From assembly GCA_031431035.1 (NCBI GenBank), contig JANPCR010000182.1, positions 7,675 through 71,674 of the forward strand: a DNA stretch of 64,000 nucleotides. The letters run 5' to 3'. This document shows, in pieces, positions 1 to 9,330 of this stretch. Positions within the stretch are counted from its first letter, which is position 1, and every line of letters begins with the position of its first letter. The stretch is from Rhodoferax sp. (GTDB taxonomy: Bacteria > Pseudomonadota > Gammaproteobacteria > Burkholderiales > Burkholderiaceae_C). Both the position numbers and the translations under genes were made by a program. The notes beneath the pieces are model-generated. The model was not told the DNA's origin and did not search any database. It saw nothing but the letters and a program-made list of their open reading frames with translations.

Positions 1-124
1 TCTCTTTTGATGGCGGTGAAAAAGTCCTCATACGAGCCTGCATTGACCGAAGTAAACCCAATTAAAACAACAAGGTAAATTGCTTTCTTAAAGTAAACTC
101 TTAACTCTTCCGGCGCGCTGATTT

Positions 125-937
125 TCATGCTTTAACCCCTTTAAAGAGTTGCTCAAAATTATCACTGGTCGCGCGAGCGATGGCCTCAACGCTGGTTCCC
201 TTGATTCGGGCTAATTCAGCGGCGACAAAGGGCACGTACGACGGATTGTTGGTTTTGCCGCGCATGGGAACCGGGGCCAAATAGGGGCTGTCAGTCTCAA
301 TCAACACCCGATCCAAAGGCACAAAAGCCGCGACATCGCGAATATCTTGCGCCGTTTTGAAAGTCAGTATGCCGGAAAAGGAGATGTAAAACCCCAAGTC
401 CAGCGCCGCCCGGGCGACCTCGGCGGTTTCAGTAAAGCAGTGAAAAACACCGCCTACGCTACCTGCAGAACCGTCTTCGCCCTCCTCCACCAAAATGCCC
501 AAGGTGTCGACCGATGCGCTGCGCGTGTGAATGACCAAGGGCTTGCCCAAGGCCCTGCCCGCCCGAATGTGGGTGCGAAAACGATCCCGCTGCCATCGCA
601 TGTCGGCCACGCTTCGGGCACCCAGCCTGAAATAATCAAGCCCGGTTTCGCCAATGGCCACCACACGGGGCAGTTGCCCGCGCTGCACCAGGTCAGCCAG
701 ACTGGGTTCGGTCACGCCTTCGTTGTCAGGGTGCACACCGACTGTGGACCAAAAGTTGTCGTAACTGGTTGCCAAGGCATGAACGTCGGCAAATTCTTCC
801 AGCGTGGTGCAAATGCACAGAGCCCTGTCGACCTGGGCCGCCTGCATTGCCGCGCGAATGGTCGGTAGCTGACTTTTCAGGTCAGGAAAGCTCAAATGGC
901 AATGGGAATCTGTGAACAAGGGGAACAAGCCAGACAA
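125..937 (-). CDS. ycfH: TatD-family metal-dependent hydrolase (YcfH-type)
   Basis: 270-aa ORF with DSHCHL near the N-terminus, then IHTR and ETDSPYLAP motifs. Sits in the conserved mltG-tmk-holB-(pilZ)-ycfH order. Apparent TTG start. Confidence 0.85.
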   Translation of the reverse strand: MSGLFPLFTDSHCHLSFPDLKSQLPTIRAAMQAAQVDRALCICTTLEEFADVHALATSYDNFWSTVGVHPDNEGVTEPSLADLVQRGQLPRVVAIGETGLDYFRLGARSVADMRWQRDRFRTHIRAGRALGKPLVIHTRSASVDTLGILVEEGEDGSAGSVGGVFHCFTETAEVARAALDLGFYISFSGILTFKTAQDIRDVAAFVPLDRVLIETDSPYLAPVPMRGKTNNPSYVPFVAAELARIKGTSVEAIARATSDNFEQLFKGVKA

Positions 938-952
938 GCCGGCGCAAGCGGA

Positions 953-1309
953 TTAAATCGTCTGTGTCGGGCGGTCAGTGGCCAAATGGCTGCCCAAGAT
1001 TTCTTCAATCCTAAGCTTCAAGGCTTTGGATTTTTCGTCTTTGGGAAACAGAATGCCCACGCCCTGGGTACGGTTGGTGGATGCTTTGGCGGGAGTGACC
1101 CAAGCCACCTTGCCTGCCACCGGGTAGCGCTGCGCGTCGTCGGGCAAGGACAACAGCACGTAAATGTCATCGCCTAATTTGTACTCACGCGCAGTCGGAA
1201 TGAAAATGCCGCCTTCAGTAAAAGCCGGAATGTAGGCGGCGTACAGCGCGCCTTTTTCCTTGATGGCCAACTGAATGACACTGGGACGGGACGCGGGCGT
1301 GGTGCTCAT
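953..1309 (-). CDS. pilZ: PilZ-domain protein (type IV pilus-associated PilZ type)
   Basis: 118-aa ORF resembling the PilZ encoded next to holB in pseudomonads. Its start overlaps the holB stop (ATGA). Confidence 0.75.
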   Translation of the reverse strand: MSTTPASRPSVIQLAIKEKGALYAAYIPAFTEGGIFIPTAREYKLGDDIYVLLSLPDDAQRYPVAGKVAWVTPAKASTNRTQGVGILFPKDEKSKALKLRIEEILGSHLATDRPTQTI

Positions 1310-2310
1310 AGCCGCGAGTTTAGGGTGTTTTTGGCTTGATCGACAAGGGCCTGCGTCATCAAACCCGGATTAAAAGGATGTTCCATGGTTCGTGTGGCCG
1401 CCGTCAGTGCTTTGGCCCAGCGGGACAATTCCGCCATGGAAGCGGGCGGCGGCAAATCGGGTGCGTCAAAAAATCGTGGTTGCGCACCCACTTTCACTGC
1501 CATCAGGTCGTGACACAGCTTGTGCAAACCGTCCATCATTTGCGACGGCGTCCAGTCTTTGAGCGCCTCAGCCTGGCCTTTTTGCATGGCTTTGGGCAGG
1601 GCGGCCCAGCTTTGCGGATCGCGCCCCGACGCCCTAAAAAGCAAAGCGTCGTCTGGGCGTCCACCGGCTGCCCGCAGCAAAACCGGCGCTTGGGCGCGGC
1701 TGACACCTTGGGTTTCAAGCCAAGCCAACGATGCATCGTGGTCGGGCCATACCATGCTGTGGCCCAGGCAGCGGCTGCGAATGGTCGGCAGCAACTGGTG
1801 TGCGGACTCAGACGCCAGGATGAATTTCACCTCGCCGGGCGGTTCTTCCAGCGTTTTGAGCAATGCGTTGGCTGTGATGTTGTTCATGCGCTCAGCCGGG
1901 AACACCAGCACCGCCTTGCCCCGGCCCCGCGCGCTGGTGCGCTGCGAAAACTCCACTGCGTCGCGCATGGCCTCAACCCGAATCTCTTTGCTGGCTTTGC
2001 GTTTCTTGTCGTCAATGTCGCTTTGGGCCTTTTCGTTCAAGGGCCAACCCAGTTCAATCATCACGGTTTCGGGCATCAGCACGCACAAGTCGGCGTGAGT
2101 GCGCACGTCAATCGCATGGCAACTGCCGCACTGGCCGCACGCGGCACCGGTTGGGGCAACCGGGCTGTCGCACAACCAGGCCCGAACGACGGCGTAGGCC
2201 AGGCGGTATTGGCCCAAACCAGATGGCCCATTGAGCAAAAACGCGTGCCCGCGCTGAGCCAGCAAACTCTTCAACTGCTGGTCAATCCAGACGGGTTCAG
2301 CGCTGCTCAT
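1306..2310 (-). CDS. holB: DNA polymerase III subunit delta-prime
   Basis: GPSGLGQ P-loop-like motif, [10 protein letters not shown] zinc module, KTLEEPP motif. Start chosen at MSSAEP, which gives a 4-bp overlap with the tmk stop; the ORF stays open to 2385. Confidence 0.85.
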   Translation of the reverse strand: MSSAEPVWIDQQLKSLLAQRGHAFLLNGPSGLGQYRLAYAVVRAWLCDSPVAPTGAACGQCGSCHAIDVRTHADLCVLMPETVMIELGWPLNEKAQSDIDDKKRKASKEIRVEAMRDAVEFSQRTSARGRGKAVLVFPAERMNNITANALLKTLEEPPGEVKFILASESAHQLLPTIRSRCLGHSMVWPDHDASLAWLETQGVSRAQAPVLLRAAGGRPDDALLFRASGRDPQSWAALPKAMQKGQAEALKDWTPSQMMDGLHKLCHDLMAVKVGAQPRFFDAPDLPPPASMAELSRWAKALTAATRTMEHPFNPGLMTQALVDQAKNTLNSRL

Positions 2311-2981
2311 GCTGGGCCACCGTTGGCGGCCACCATGATGGCAAGCCAACCCCGGCGTACCATCGCCAAGGTAAGCTGTTGCCACACCTGGTGGCGGGGC
2401 AAGGCCGCGTCCAGACGCACAAAGCGCTGCGGAAACTGCTTGGCGCGGGCGGCGTAAGCGGCAGACACCTTTTGAAAAAACGCCAAAGGCTGGGCTTCAA
2501 ATTTGTCGGGAATGCGCGCGCCCGCCAGGCGCTGGGCCGCAACTTCAGGGGCCAGGTCGAACCACACCGTCATATTGGGTTGGCGGATGGTTAAGTGACT
2601 CGCCAAATTATCCGTGGTTTGAACCCATTGTTCCAAAGCGCCCAACACCTCCAAATCAAACCCGCGCCCGCCGCCTTGGTAGGCAAACGTGGCGTCGGTG
2701 AAGCGGTCACACAGCACCACTTCGCCGCGTGCCAACGCGGGTTCAATGCACTGCTGCAAATGATCGCGCCGGGCTGCAAACACCAAAAGTGCCTCGGTCA
2801 TGGCGTCCATGGCGTCGTTCAGCACCAAGGTGCGCAGCTTTTCAGCCAGTGGCGTGCCACCGGGCTCACGCGTGACAGTGACCACCCTGCCCTGCGCCTG
2901 AAACGCCTTGGCCAAAGATTCAATGTGGGTTGACTTGCCTGCGCCGTCAATGCCTTCAAAGCTGATGAAAATGCCGCTCAT
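2307..2981 (-). CDS. tmk: thymidylate kinase
   Basis: 224 aa; N-terminal [15 protein letters not shown]-loop; start overlaps the mltG stop. Confidence 0.93.
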   Translation of the reverse strand: MSGIFISFEGIDGAGKSTHIESLAKAFQAQGRVVTVTREPGGTPLAEKLRTLVLNDAMDAMTEALLVFAARRDHLQQCIEPALARGEVVLCDRFTDATFAYQGGGRGFDLEVLGALEQWVQTTDNLASHLTIRQPNMTVWFDLAPEVAAQRLAGARIPDKFEAQPLAFFQKVSAAYAARAKQFPQRFVRLDAALPRHQVWQQLTLAMVRRGWLAIMVAANGGPA

Positions 2982-3994
2982 GGTGGGGTGTTTTTGGCGC
3001 GTTGGCCGCCGCGCTGGTATTTGTTAACCGCCCGATTGTGTTCTTCCAGGGTGGCGCTGAACTGGCTGGTGCCGTCGCCCCGCGCCACGAAGTAAAACGA
3101 ATTGGACTGGCCGGGTTGCACGGCCGCAATCAACGCGGCCTTGCCAGGCGCGGCGATGGGCGTGGGTGGCAAGCCAGAGCGGGTGTAGGTGTTCCAGGGG
3201 GTGTCGGTTTGCAAGTCGCGTTTGCGCAAATTGCCGTCAAATTTGTCCCCCATGCCGTAAATGACTGTGGGGTCGGTTTGCAGCAGCATGCCTTTTTTGA
3301 GCCGATTGGTGAAAACGCTGCCGATTTGCGCCCGGTCTTTGCCCTGCCCGGTTTCTTTTTCAATGATGCTGGCCAAAATCAAAGCTTGTTCGGGCGACTT
3401 CAGTGGCGTGTCGGGCAAACGCAGGCCCCAAGCGGCGTCCAGGTTGTTGTCCATGGCCGTCAAGGCGCGTTTCAGGACCGCGAGGTCGCTGGAGCCTTTG
3501 GCAAAGTTGTACGTGTCTGGAAAAAACCGACCCTCGGGGTGCACGCCCGGTTTGCCAAGTTTTTGCATGATTGCCTCAGCAGCAAGGTTGGCCGAGTCTT
3601 GTTTCAACAAAGGCTCTTTGGCCAAGGCCTGGCGCATTTGGTTGAAAGTCCAGCCCTCGACCAGCGTGATGCTGCGCAAGGCAACTTCGCCGCGCACCAG
3701 TTTTTGCAATATAGAGCGAGGCGTTTGCCCCGGCTCCAACTCAAAACTGCCAGCCTTGATGGCACGCGATTGCCCAGACAGCCGAAACCACCAAAACAGC
3801 AGCGTCGCATTCACCTGCACGCCCGAGTCGGCCACGGACTGCGCCACCACCTGAGCGGGCGCTCCGGGTTCGACCGCAAAGCCAACAATATCGCCCCCTT
3901 GCTTCAGGGGTTTGTGCAGCCACCAGGCGCCCGCCCCAGCCAGGGCTCCCAAAGCGACCACAACGACGATGAAAAACGCTAGTAAACGACGCAC
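2978..3994 (-). CDS. mltG: endolytic peptidoglycan transglycosylase MltG (YceG-like)
   Basis: N-terminal TM helix, YceG-like body and an IIEKETG motif. GTG start at 3994 preferred; the ORF is open to 4060. Confidence 0.85.
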   Translation of the reverse strand: MRRLLAFFIVVVVALGALAGAGAWWLHKPLKQGGDIVGFAVEPGAPAQVVAQSVADSGVQVNATLLFWWFRLSGQSRAIKAGSFELEPGQTPRSILQKLVRGEVALRSITLVEGWTFNQMRQALAKEPLLKQDSANLAAEAIMQKLGKPGVHPEGRFFPDTYNFAKGSSDLAVLKRALTAMDNNLDAAWGLRLPDTPLKSPEQALILASIIEKETGQGKDRAQIGSVFTNRLKKGMLLQTDPTVIYGMGDKFDGNLRKRDLQTDTPWNTYTRSGLPPTPIAAPGKAALIAAVQPGQSNSFYFVARGDGTSQFSATLEEHNRAVNKYQRGGQRAKNTPP

Positions 3995-4039
3995 AACCCT
4001 AAACCCTGCAAGTGATAAACATTGATGATAATTCACGCC

Positions 4040-5146
4040 ATGACCACAGAACTCTCGCAAGCCACTCCACCGGGTAACAAAGACGGTTACAAATCAGGTG
4101 AAAAATCGGGTGCAAATTCGGACGCACATGCCGATGGCAACCCACGCCAAGCTCTGGCAAGTGCGCCGCAGGGTCGCCTGGACGGTTCGATCGACTTGCA
4201 CCATTGGGGCGTGATCAGGCTTGAAGGTGCTGACAGCGCGTCCTTTTTGCAAGGCCAGTTAACGCAGGATTTTGTGCTGCTAAAGCCCAACCAAGCCCGT
4301 TTGGCGGCGTTTTGCTCGGCCAAGGGGCGCATGCAAGCGAGTTTTATCGGCTTTAAGCGAAGTGACACCGAGATATTGTTGCTGTGCAGCCGCGACATTT
4401 TGCCCGCCACGCTCAAACGGCTCTCCATGTTTGTGATGCGCGCCAAAACCAAATTGACCGATGCCAGCGCCGAATTTTCTTTGATTGGCTTAGCTGGCAG
4501 CGCGGTTGAAGATTTGAAAGATTCAGTGCAGAACGAGTCGTCAGATGGTCTGCCCGAGAGCCTCAGTGCAGGCGTCTGCTGGCACGCGGGCGACCAAAGT
4601 TTCATAGGTCTGTACGCCGTAGACGGCGTGACCCGCGCCCTGAAGGTGGCCCCAGTCAACCCCAATTTGGGCGACAACAAAGATGCGGCCGCAGCACTGT
4701 CTTCACCCGATCATCTGACCCATGCGCTTTGGCTTTGGGGCGAGGTGCGCAGCGGCATTGCCACCATCACGGCACCCATCGTCGATGCCTTTGTGCCGCA
4801 AATGCTCAATTACGAATCGGTAGGCGGCGTGAATTTTAAAAAAGGCTGCTACCCCGGCCAGGAAGTGGTGGCGCGAAGCCAGTTCAGGGGCACGCTCAAA
4901 CGCCGGGCCTACTTGGTGCATTGTTCGGCTGCCATGGCGGCAGGCGACGAGGTGTTTGGCATGGCTGATGCCGACCAGGCTTGTGGCACCGTGGCGCAAG
5001 CCGCTGCCGCACCTGGCGGTGGTTTTGATGCGATTGTGTCCATGCAGGTGGCTGCGGCGGCTGCGGGAGGTTTGACTTTTGCGTCAGCGTCAGGGGCCAA
5101 AATTGAACTGCTGCCGCTGCCTTACGCCCTGCTGGAGGACATCTAG
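4040..5146 (+). CDS. ygfZ: folate-binding tRNA-modification / Fe-S repair protein YgfZ
   Basis: KKGCYPGQEVVARSQFRG signature near the C-terminus. Low-complexity N-terminal extension. Alternative starts at 4022 and 4025. Confidence 0.8.
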   Translation: MTTELSQATPPGNKDGYKSGEKSGANSDAHADGNPRQALASAPQGRLDGSIDLHHWGVIRLEGADSASFLQGQLTQDFVLLKPNQARLAAFCSAKGRMQASFIGFKRSDTEILLLCSRDILPATLKRLSMFVMRAKTKLTDASAEFSLIGLAGSAVEDLKDSVQNESSDGLPESLSAGVCWHAGDQSFIGLYAVDGVTRALKVAPVNPNLGDNKDAAAALSSPDHLTHALWLWGEVRSGIATITAPIVDAFVPQMLNYESVGGVNFKKGCYPGQEVVARSQFRGTLKRRAYLVHCSAAMAAGDEVFGMADADQACGTVAQAAAAPGGGFDAIVSMQVAAAAAGGLTFASASGAKIELLPLPYALLEDI

Positions 5147-5174
5147 GCAGGCCTTGCCTCAAAGTAAGTTTTTT

Positions 5175-6092
5175 CTAGGTCCCGGCGGTTCGTGACAGCG
5201 CCTTGAACATCTCTTGGTGCGCAATGCCAGCTTCTTCAAACACCTCGCCGCGCGGCGCAAAACCCAAGCGCTGGTAAAACCCGACAGCGCTGCTTTGCGC
5301 ATGCAAGCACACCTCATGGTCGCCGCGCCCGCGAGATTGCTCGACCAGCGTGTTCAAAATCGCTTTGCCAAAATTGGCACCCCGCAAAACCCGATGCACC
5401 GCCATGCGGCCAATTTTGCTGACGCCTGGGGCCAGGGTCACCAAACGCCCCGTGGCCACCGCCAGCCCAAGGTGGTTGACCGACACCGCATGCAGGGCGG
5501 TTGAATCAGCGGCGTCCCACACCAATTCGGCGGGAATGCGCTGCTCTTGCACAAACACGTCGCTGCGAAGCTGTTGGGCCAGAGCGCCTAGCTCATTCCA
5601 ATTGCCAATTTGAACCGGGGCCATGTCAGCCCCGGCTTCAAAATTCTCAAACATGGCGCGAAGCTCAGGCGGCAAGGCTTGGGACTTTTGAGTGGCCGGA
5701 TCTGCGTACACATAGAGTAGTTCGCCCGTGATCAGCAGATCATCGCCACTGAAAATGCCGCCGACAAAGACGATGGACGAGTTGCCGATGCGCTGGCATT
5801 TCATCCCCACGTCCAATTGATCGTCCCACCGAGCCGACGCGTGGTACTCAAGCGCTGCTTTTTTGACATACATGTCGCCGCCCAAGGAGTGCATGGACGA
5901 TTCATACGGAAGCGCCAATTCGCGCCAATAGTCGCCCATGGCGGTGTCCAGGTACATCAAATAATGGCCGTTGAAGACGATCTTTTGCATGTCCACCTCG
6001 ACCCAGCGCACACGAAGGCGGTGGAACAGTCGAAAGTCTTGACGCCGCAAAGGCAGCGCGGGTGCTGTGGGAAGCTTTTGAAGGGTTTGCAT
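5175..6092 (-). CDS. fusion protein: hotdog-fold acyl-CoA thioesterase (YbgC/4HBT-like) + GNAT N-acetyltransferase
   Basis: N-terminal half has RVRWVEVDMQKIVFNGHY, typical of 4HBT thioesterases. C-terminal half has a GNAT core (IGRMAVHRVLRGANFGKAIL). First ATG is at 6092; a TTG at 6203 is also possible. Confidence 0.7.
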   Translation of the reverse strand: MQTLQKLPTAPALPLRRQDFRLFHRLRVRWVEVDMQKIVFNGHYLMYLDTAMGDYWRELALPYESSMHSLGGDMYVKKAALEYHASARWDDQLDVGMKCQRIGNSSIVFVGGIFSGDDLLITGELLYVYADPATQKSQALPPELRAMFENFEAGADMAPVQIGNWNELGALAQQLRSDVFVQEQRIPAELVWDAADSTALHAVSVNHLGLAVATGRLVTLAPGVSKIGRMAVHRVLRGANFGKAILNTLVEQSRGRGDHEVCLHAQSSAVGFYQRLGFAPRGEVFEEAGIAHQEMFKALSRTAGT

Positions 6093-6118
6093 GGTTTGCA
6101 GCGTTTGTAGCGTTTGAA
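6083..6118. repeat. 9-bp tandem repeat x4 (GGTTTGCAN-type units), translating as (QTL)n on the minus strand
   Basis: Units gggtttgca / tggtttgca / gcgtttgta / gcgtttgaa. The preferred ATG (6092) of the thioesterase-GNAT gene lies inside the array. Confidence 0.85.
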
Positions 6119-6221
6119 ACGGGACTGTCGTGGGTTTGAAAACTGAGGCTAAAAATCGCCCTCTCAGCGCCGGGTGGCAAATCGCGGCACCATTGTCAGC
6201 CAAGTCGCCCCTTCATTTGAC

Positions 6222-6995
6222 ATGAACGATCCTGCCCAGCCTGCATCCGAACCAGCGCCCGCCACCCATGCCTTATTTTCGCGTTTCAACGTCATCTGCC
6301 TGTTGATTTTTGCATTGGCAGCGGTCTGGGTGATTCTTCAAACCCAAAGCAAGGCAAAAAGCCCGGCTGAACTTGTTGCCGCCCTTCCCGCCCCAGCGCC
6401 TGAGCTTGCCGCGGCATTGGCAGCCGATGGCATGACCGAGCAAAGCGTGGTGTTGGCAGGCGGTTGCTTTTGGGGTGTTCAGGCGGTTTTTCAGCACACG
6501 CGGGGGGTGTTGAGCGCGGTCTCGGGCTACGCGGGCGGCACGTCGGCCGATGCCAATTACCGCAGTGTCAGCGGCGGCCTGAGCAGCCACGCCGAAGCCG
6601 TGCAAGTGCGGTTTGACCCGCGCCAAGTGTCATACCTGCAACTTTTGCAAATTTACTTTGCGGTGGCCCACAACCCAACCCAATTGAACCGCCAGCACCC
6701 CGACGTGGGGCCGCAATACCGGTCTGCCGTGTTTTTTGAAACCGCTGCGCAGCAAGTTGCCACCCAAACCTACATCACCCAACTGGATGCCGCCGGGCTG
6801 TTTGGCGACAAAATCGTGACCCAGGTTGCGCCACTCCAGGCCTTTTACCCGGCAGAGGCTGAACACCAAAATTACGCCATCCGCCACCCCAACGCGCCCT
6901 ACATCGCCCATTTTGATGCGCCAAAAATTGCTAACTTGAGGACCCTGTTTGAGAGCCTTTACCGCCCCGAACCCGTGCTGGTCAAGCCAAACTGA
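6222..6995 (+). CDS. msrA: peptide-methionine (S)-S-oxide reductase MsrA, membrane-anchored
   Basis: GGCFWGVQAVF active-site motif. N-terminal hydrophobic helix (VICLLIFALAAVWVIL). ATG at 6222 lies within the 6174 ORF. Confidence 0.9.
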   Translation: MNDPAQPASEPAPATHALFSRFNVICLLIFALAAVWVILQTQSKAKSPAELVAALPAPAPELAAALAADGMTEQSVVLAGGCFWGVQAVFQHTRGVLSAVSGYAGGTSADANYRSVSGGLSSHAEAVQVRFDPRQVSYLQLLQIYFAVAHNPTQLNRQHPDVGPQYRSAVFFETAAQQVATQTYITQLDAAGLFGDKIVTQVAPLQAFYPAEAEHQNYAIRHPNAPYIAHFDAPKIANLRTLFESLYRPEPVLVKPN

Positions 6996-7041
6996 CGGGT
7001 CAGATCGCGCGCCAACTCAACAGGTAGCAATCTTTACAGCT

Positions 7042-8127
7042 TTAGAGTGTTCGAATCACGCTGATGTGCTCGGTGCCGCTTTCAGGCAACCACACTTCGC
7101 CTGGGCGACCCAATATTTGCCGAATGGTGGCACCGGGGCGCGGCATGGCCAGGCGGTCAACCTTTTCGGTGGCGGGGTCAAACCGCAGCATGCTGTTGGT
7201 GGCCCAGTCGGTGCACCAAACGATGTCTTGCGCGTCCACATACACGGCGTACATGCGCGGGTTGTCGCCTGGCGGCTTCCAGGCGCGCCAGCGAGCAGAG
7301 TCTGTGGCGGGCAGGCTTGGGTCGTGCATCGACAAATTGCCGCTGTTCCACTCGCTCACCCAAATGCGCCCCCGGCTGTCCGACCACACCCGCCGCGCGC
7401 CCTGCCCGGGGGTGGGCGGCTCAACCACGCGCGATTCCCCTGAGGCAATGTCAATTTGTGCAATGAACGAGCCCGCCAGTGAGCAGTACCAAACATCGCC
7501 CTTGGGGGTGGCGCAAATGCCATACGGCCCACGCCCTTTGGGCGATTCCTTCACGCTGACCTGGCCCGTTTTGACGGCCACGCGGCCCACGTAACCGCTT
7601 TGCCCGGTGAACCAAACGTCCCCCGTTTTGTCGATCGCGCAGGTGTTCAAATTGGTGTAGGGCGTGCCTGCGGGCAGTGCAAAGACCTTGACCACCCTGC
7701 TGGGCCAAACCACTTGCACCATGGCGTTTTGTCCGCTGTCGGTGACCCAGGCAGAGCCGTCTGGCCCCGCGATCACGCCATGGGGTGACGAGCCGGTGCC
7801 CAATGCAATCAGCTCCGACTCGCCGGTTTTAGGATCAAACCAGCCCAAATGACCACTGCGTTGCGCCGTGAACCAAACCCCACCGTCGGGCGCGGGGGCC
7901 AGGTCGTGAATACCCGTGACGCGCGGGGTTCTGAGCGGCCATGATTGAAGGCGATTCGCGGCAATGGTGCCCGCGGTGCCGGTTGCAACAGCCGTTTGCG
8001 CCGAAGTGGTGGAAGGAACAACGCCCAGCAGGCTGACAGCACTTGGCAAACCCACCAAACCTGCCAACACGCTGCGCCGCTGTAGACCCGGCCCGTTTTG
8101 AGGGGCGTTTAAAGCATTGAATGTCAT
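7042..8127 (-). CDS. secreted beta-propeller protein (virginiamycin B lyase / SMP-30-like repeats)
   Basis: About 7 repeated blades with G-x-VW-F/V-T/S motifs (GGVWFTAQ, GSAWVTD, GDVWFTGQ, GDVWYCS, GRIWVSEW, DIVWCTDW, GEVWLPE). Tat-like QRRSVLAGL signal peptide. Confidence 0.6.
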   Translation of the reverse strand: MTFNALNAPQNGPGLQRRSVLAGLVGLPSAVSLLGVVPSTTSAQTAVATGTAGTIAANRLQSWPLRTPRVTGIHDLAPAPDGGVWFTAQRSGHLGWFDPKTGESELIALGTGSSPHGVIAGPDGSAWVTDSGQNAMVQVVWPSRVVKVFALPAGTPYTNLNTCAIDKTGDVWFTGQSGYVGRVAVKTGQVSVKESPKGRGPYGICATPKGDVWYCSLAGSFIAQIDIASGESRVVEPPTPGQGARRVWSDSRGRIWVSEWNSGNLSMHDPSLPATDSARWRAWKPPGDNPRMYAVYVDAQDIVWCTDWATNSMLRFDPATEKVDRLAMPRPGATIRQILGRPGEVWLPESGTEHISVIRTL

Positions 8128-8317
8128 GAAAAGCCTTTCTTTCAAGCGGGCGTTGCAGATTTCAAAGCCAATATAGCGCGAACGGGCTTTGCTTGCAGGG
8201 TGAGTAGCGTGGTTTTGGGCGGAGCGAGGGCGATCCCGACGCGATGTGGTGGTTTGTTGAGATCGTTGCTTTCGGGGCAGGTTGCCTTGGTTGGCGAGCC
8301 GAGGCCGCAGTGGTGAA

Positions 8318-8545
8318 CAGCTCCGCGAATGTCCCCCGCCTTCGGCTCCTCCTTGATTTCGCTGCGCTATTCACCCCAGCGCCATCGGCAATCAGCGTTT
8401 AGGGTTGGTTTTTGGCTTTTGAAAGCCTAAAAACACAAGTCCAATTCAACTGGATCAGGTCGACGGCGCATTCGGCGCAGCGGCATCAAGGAGGAGCCGA
8501 AGGCGGGGGACAGCCGCGGAGCTGAGTGCGCCGTCGACCTGATCC
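8318..8545. repeat. GC-rich nested inverted-repeat element
   Basis: 50-bp arms 8318-8367 and 8475-8524 match at 46/50. The right arm is enclosed by a perfect 19-bp stem (8452-8470 / 8527-8545). Central hairpin at 8408-8434. Confidence 0.85.
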
Positions 8546-8560
8546 CACTCCGGATCGGTA

Positions 8561-9174
8561 TCAATAGTCGAGGCCCACCAACCACTGCGCCCGCCCACGA
8601 GACTCCCAAACCATGTCGGCATTCAAGCGGTCGTTGCCTGCCAGCCGGGCTTGGGCGAATTCAAGGGTTTGGTGGTTGGACGCCATGTGGCGCTTCACCA
8701 AACGCGCCATGGCGACGCCCATCGGCACATCCAAAAACCAGCATTCGTCAAAATAGTGAGCATGGTTCCACCCATGGTCTCCGTGCAGCAGGTAAAGGCC
8801 CTCCACCAGAACGATTCGAATCGCGGGGTGAACCACAACGGCATCGGCTACCGGGTCGCCCACGCCGTGCTCAAAACCGGGCCAGGTAACGCAGGCGTGG
8901 CGGGCGCGTCGGGATGAGCGACCGCCGCCGCCGAGTGGCCGGGCTTTTCGGCCATTTCAGCCCTTTCAGAATTTGCTTCGATTCCAGCGTTTGCCGATCT
9001 GGCCGCACTGTGGGCCTCATTCACACGATCCACCCAGCGCTGTGCGACCGTGCTTTTGCCCGACCCCGGCAACCCGGCCAAGGCAATCAGCCGCCTGGGC
9101 GCAGCGGGATCGGACAGGTGGGTCAAAAGCCGCTGAACAGGTTCCAAGAGCAGACTTGGCTCGGGGGTGGGCAT
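8561..9174 (-). pseudogene. disrupted P-loop nucleoside/nucleotide kinase (uridine kinase/PRK-like family)
   Basis: N-terminal part (8848-9174) carries the GLPGSGKST P-loop. C-terminal part (8561-8863) is in a different frame (VTWPGFEHGVGDPVAD...IVLVEGLYLL). The segment between them is low-complexity and lacks the expected DGFH-type region. Confidence 0.55.
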
Positions 9175-9208
9175 GGCGTTGCGTTCAGGTATTGGGTTTT
9201 AGTGGTCG

Positions 9209-9330
9209 CTAAATGCTACTAAATATATAGCAAACTATGCATATTATTTGAGAGCTAGAGGCCTAAAACACTCACAAAACGGGCCAAAATTGACTTTTAG
9301 GTCAAAAAAGAACCTGCAGGTTCTTTTTCT
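9209..9330 (-). repeat. AT-rich modular repeat, copy A
   Basis: Hairpin AAAAAGAACCTGCAGGTTCTTTTT (9304-9328). GAGAGCTAGAGGC at 9250-9262, ATAGCAAACTAT at 9227-9238 and ATGCTAC at 9213-9219, all read on the plus strand. Confidence 0.9.

Noticed and set aside
1-124. Possible 5' end of a minus-strand gene leaving the window (ATG at 43 or 31)
   Set aside because: Only about 10-14 codons are visible, and there is no recognisable motif or convincing RBS. That is too little sequence to call.
8162-8609. Small ORFs 8162-8374 and 8427-8609 in the IR-rich intergenic region
   Set aside because: They have no RBS, an Arg/Ser/Pro-rich composition, and run through the arms of the inverted repeats. They are more likely translation artefacts of a structured repeat element.
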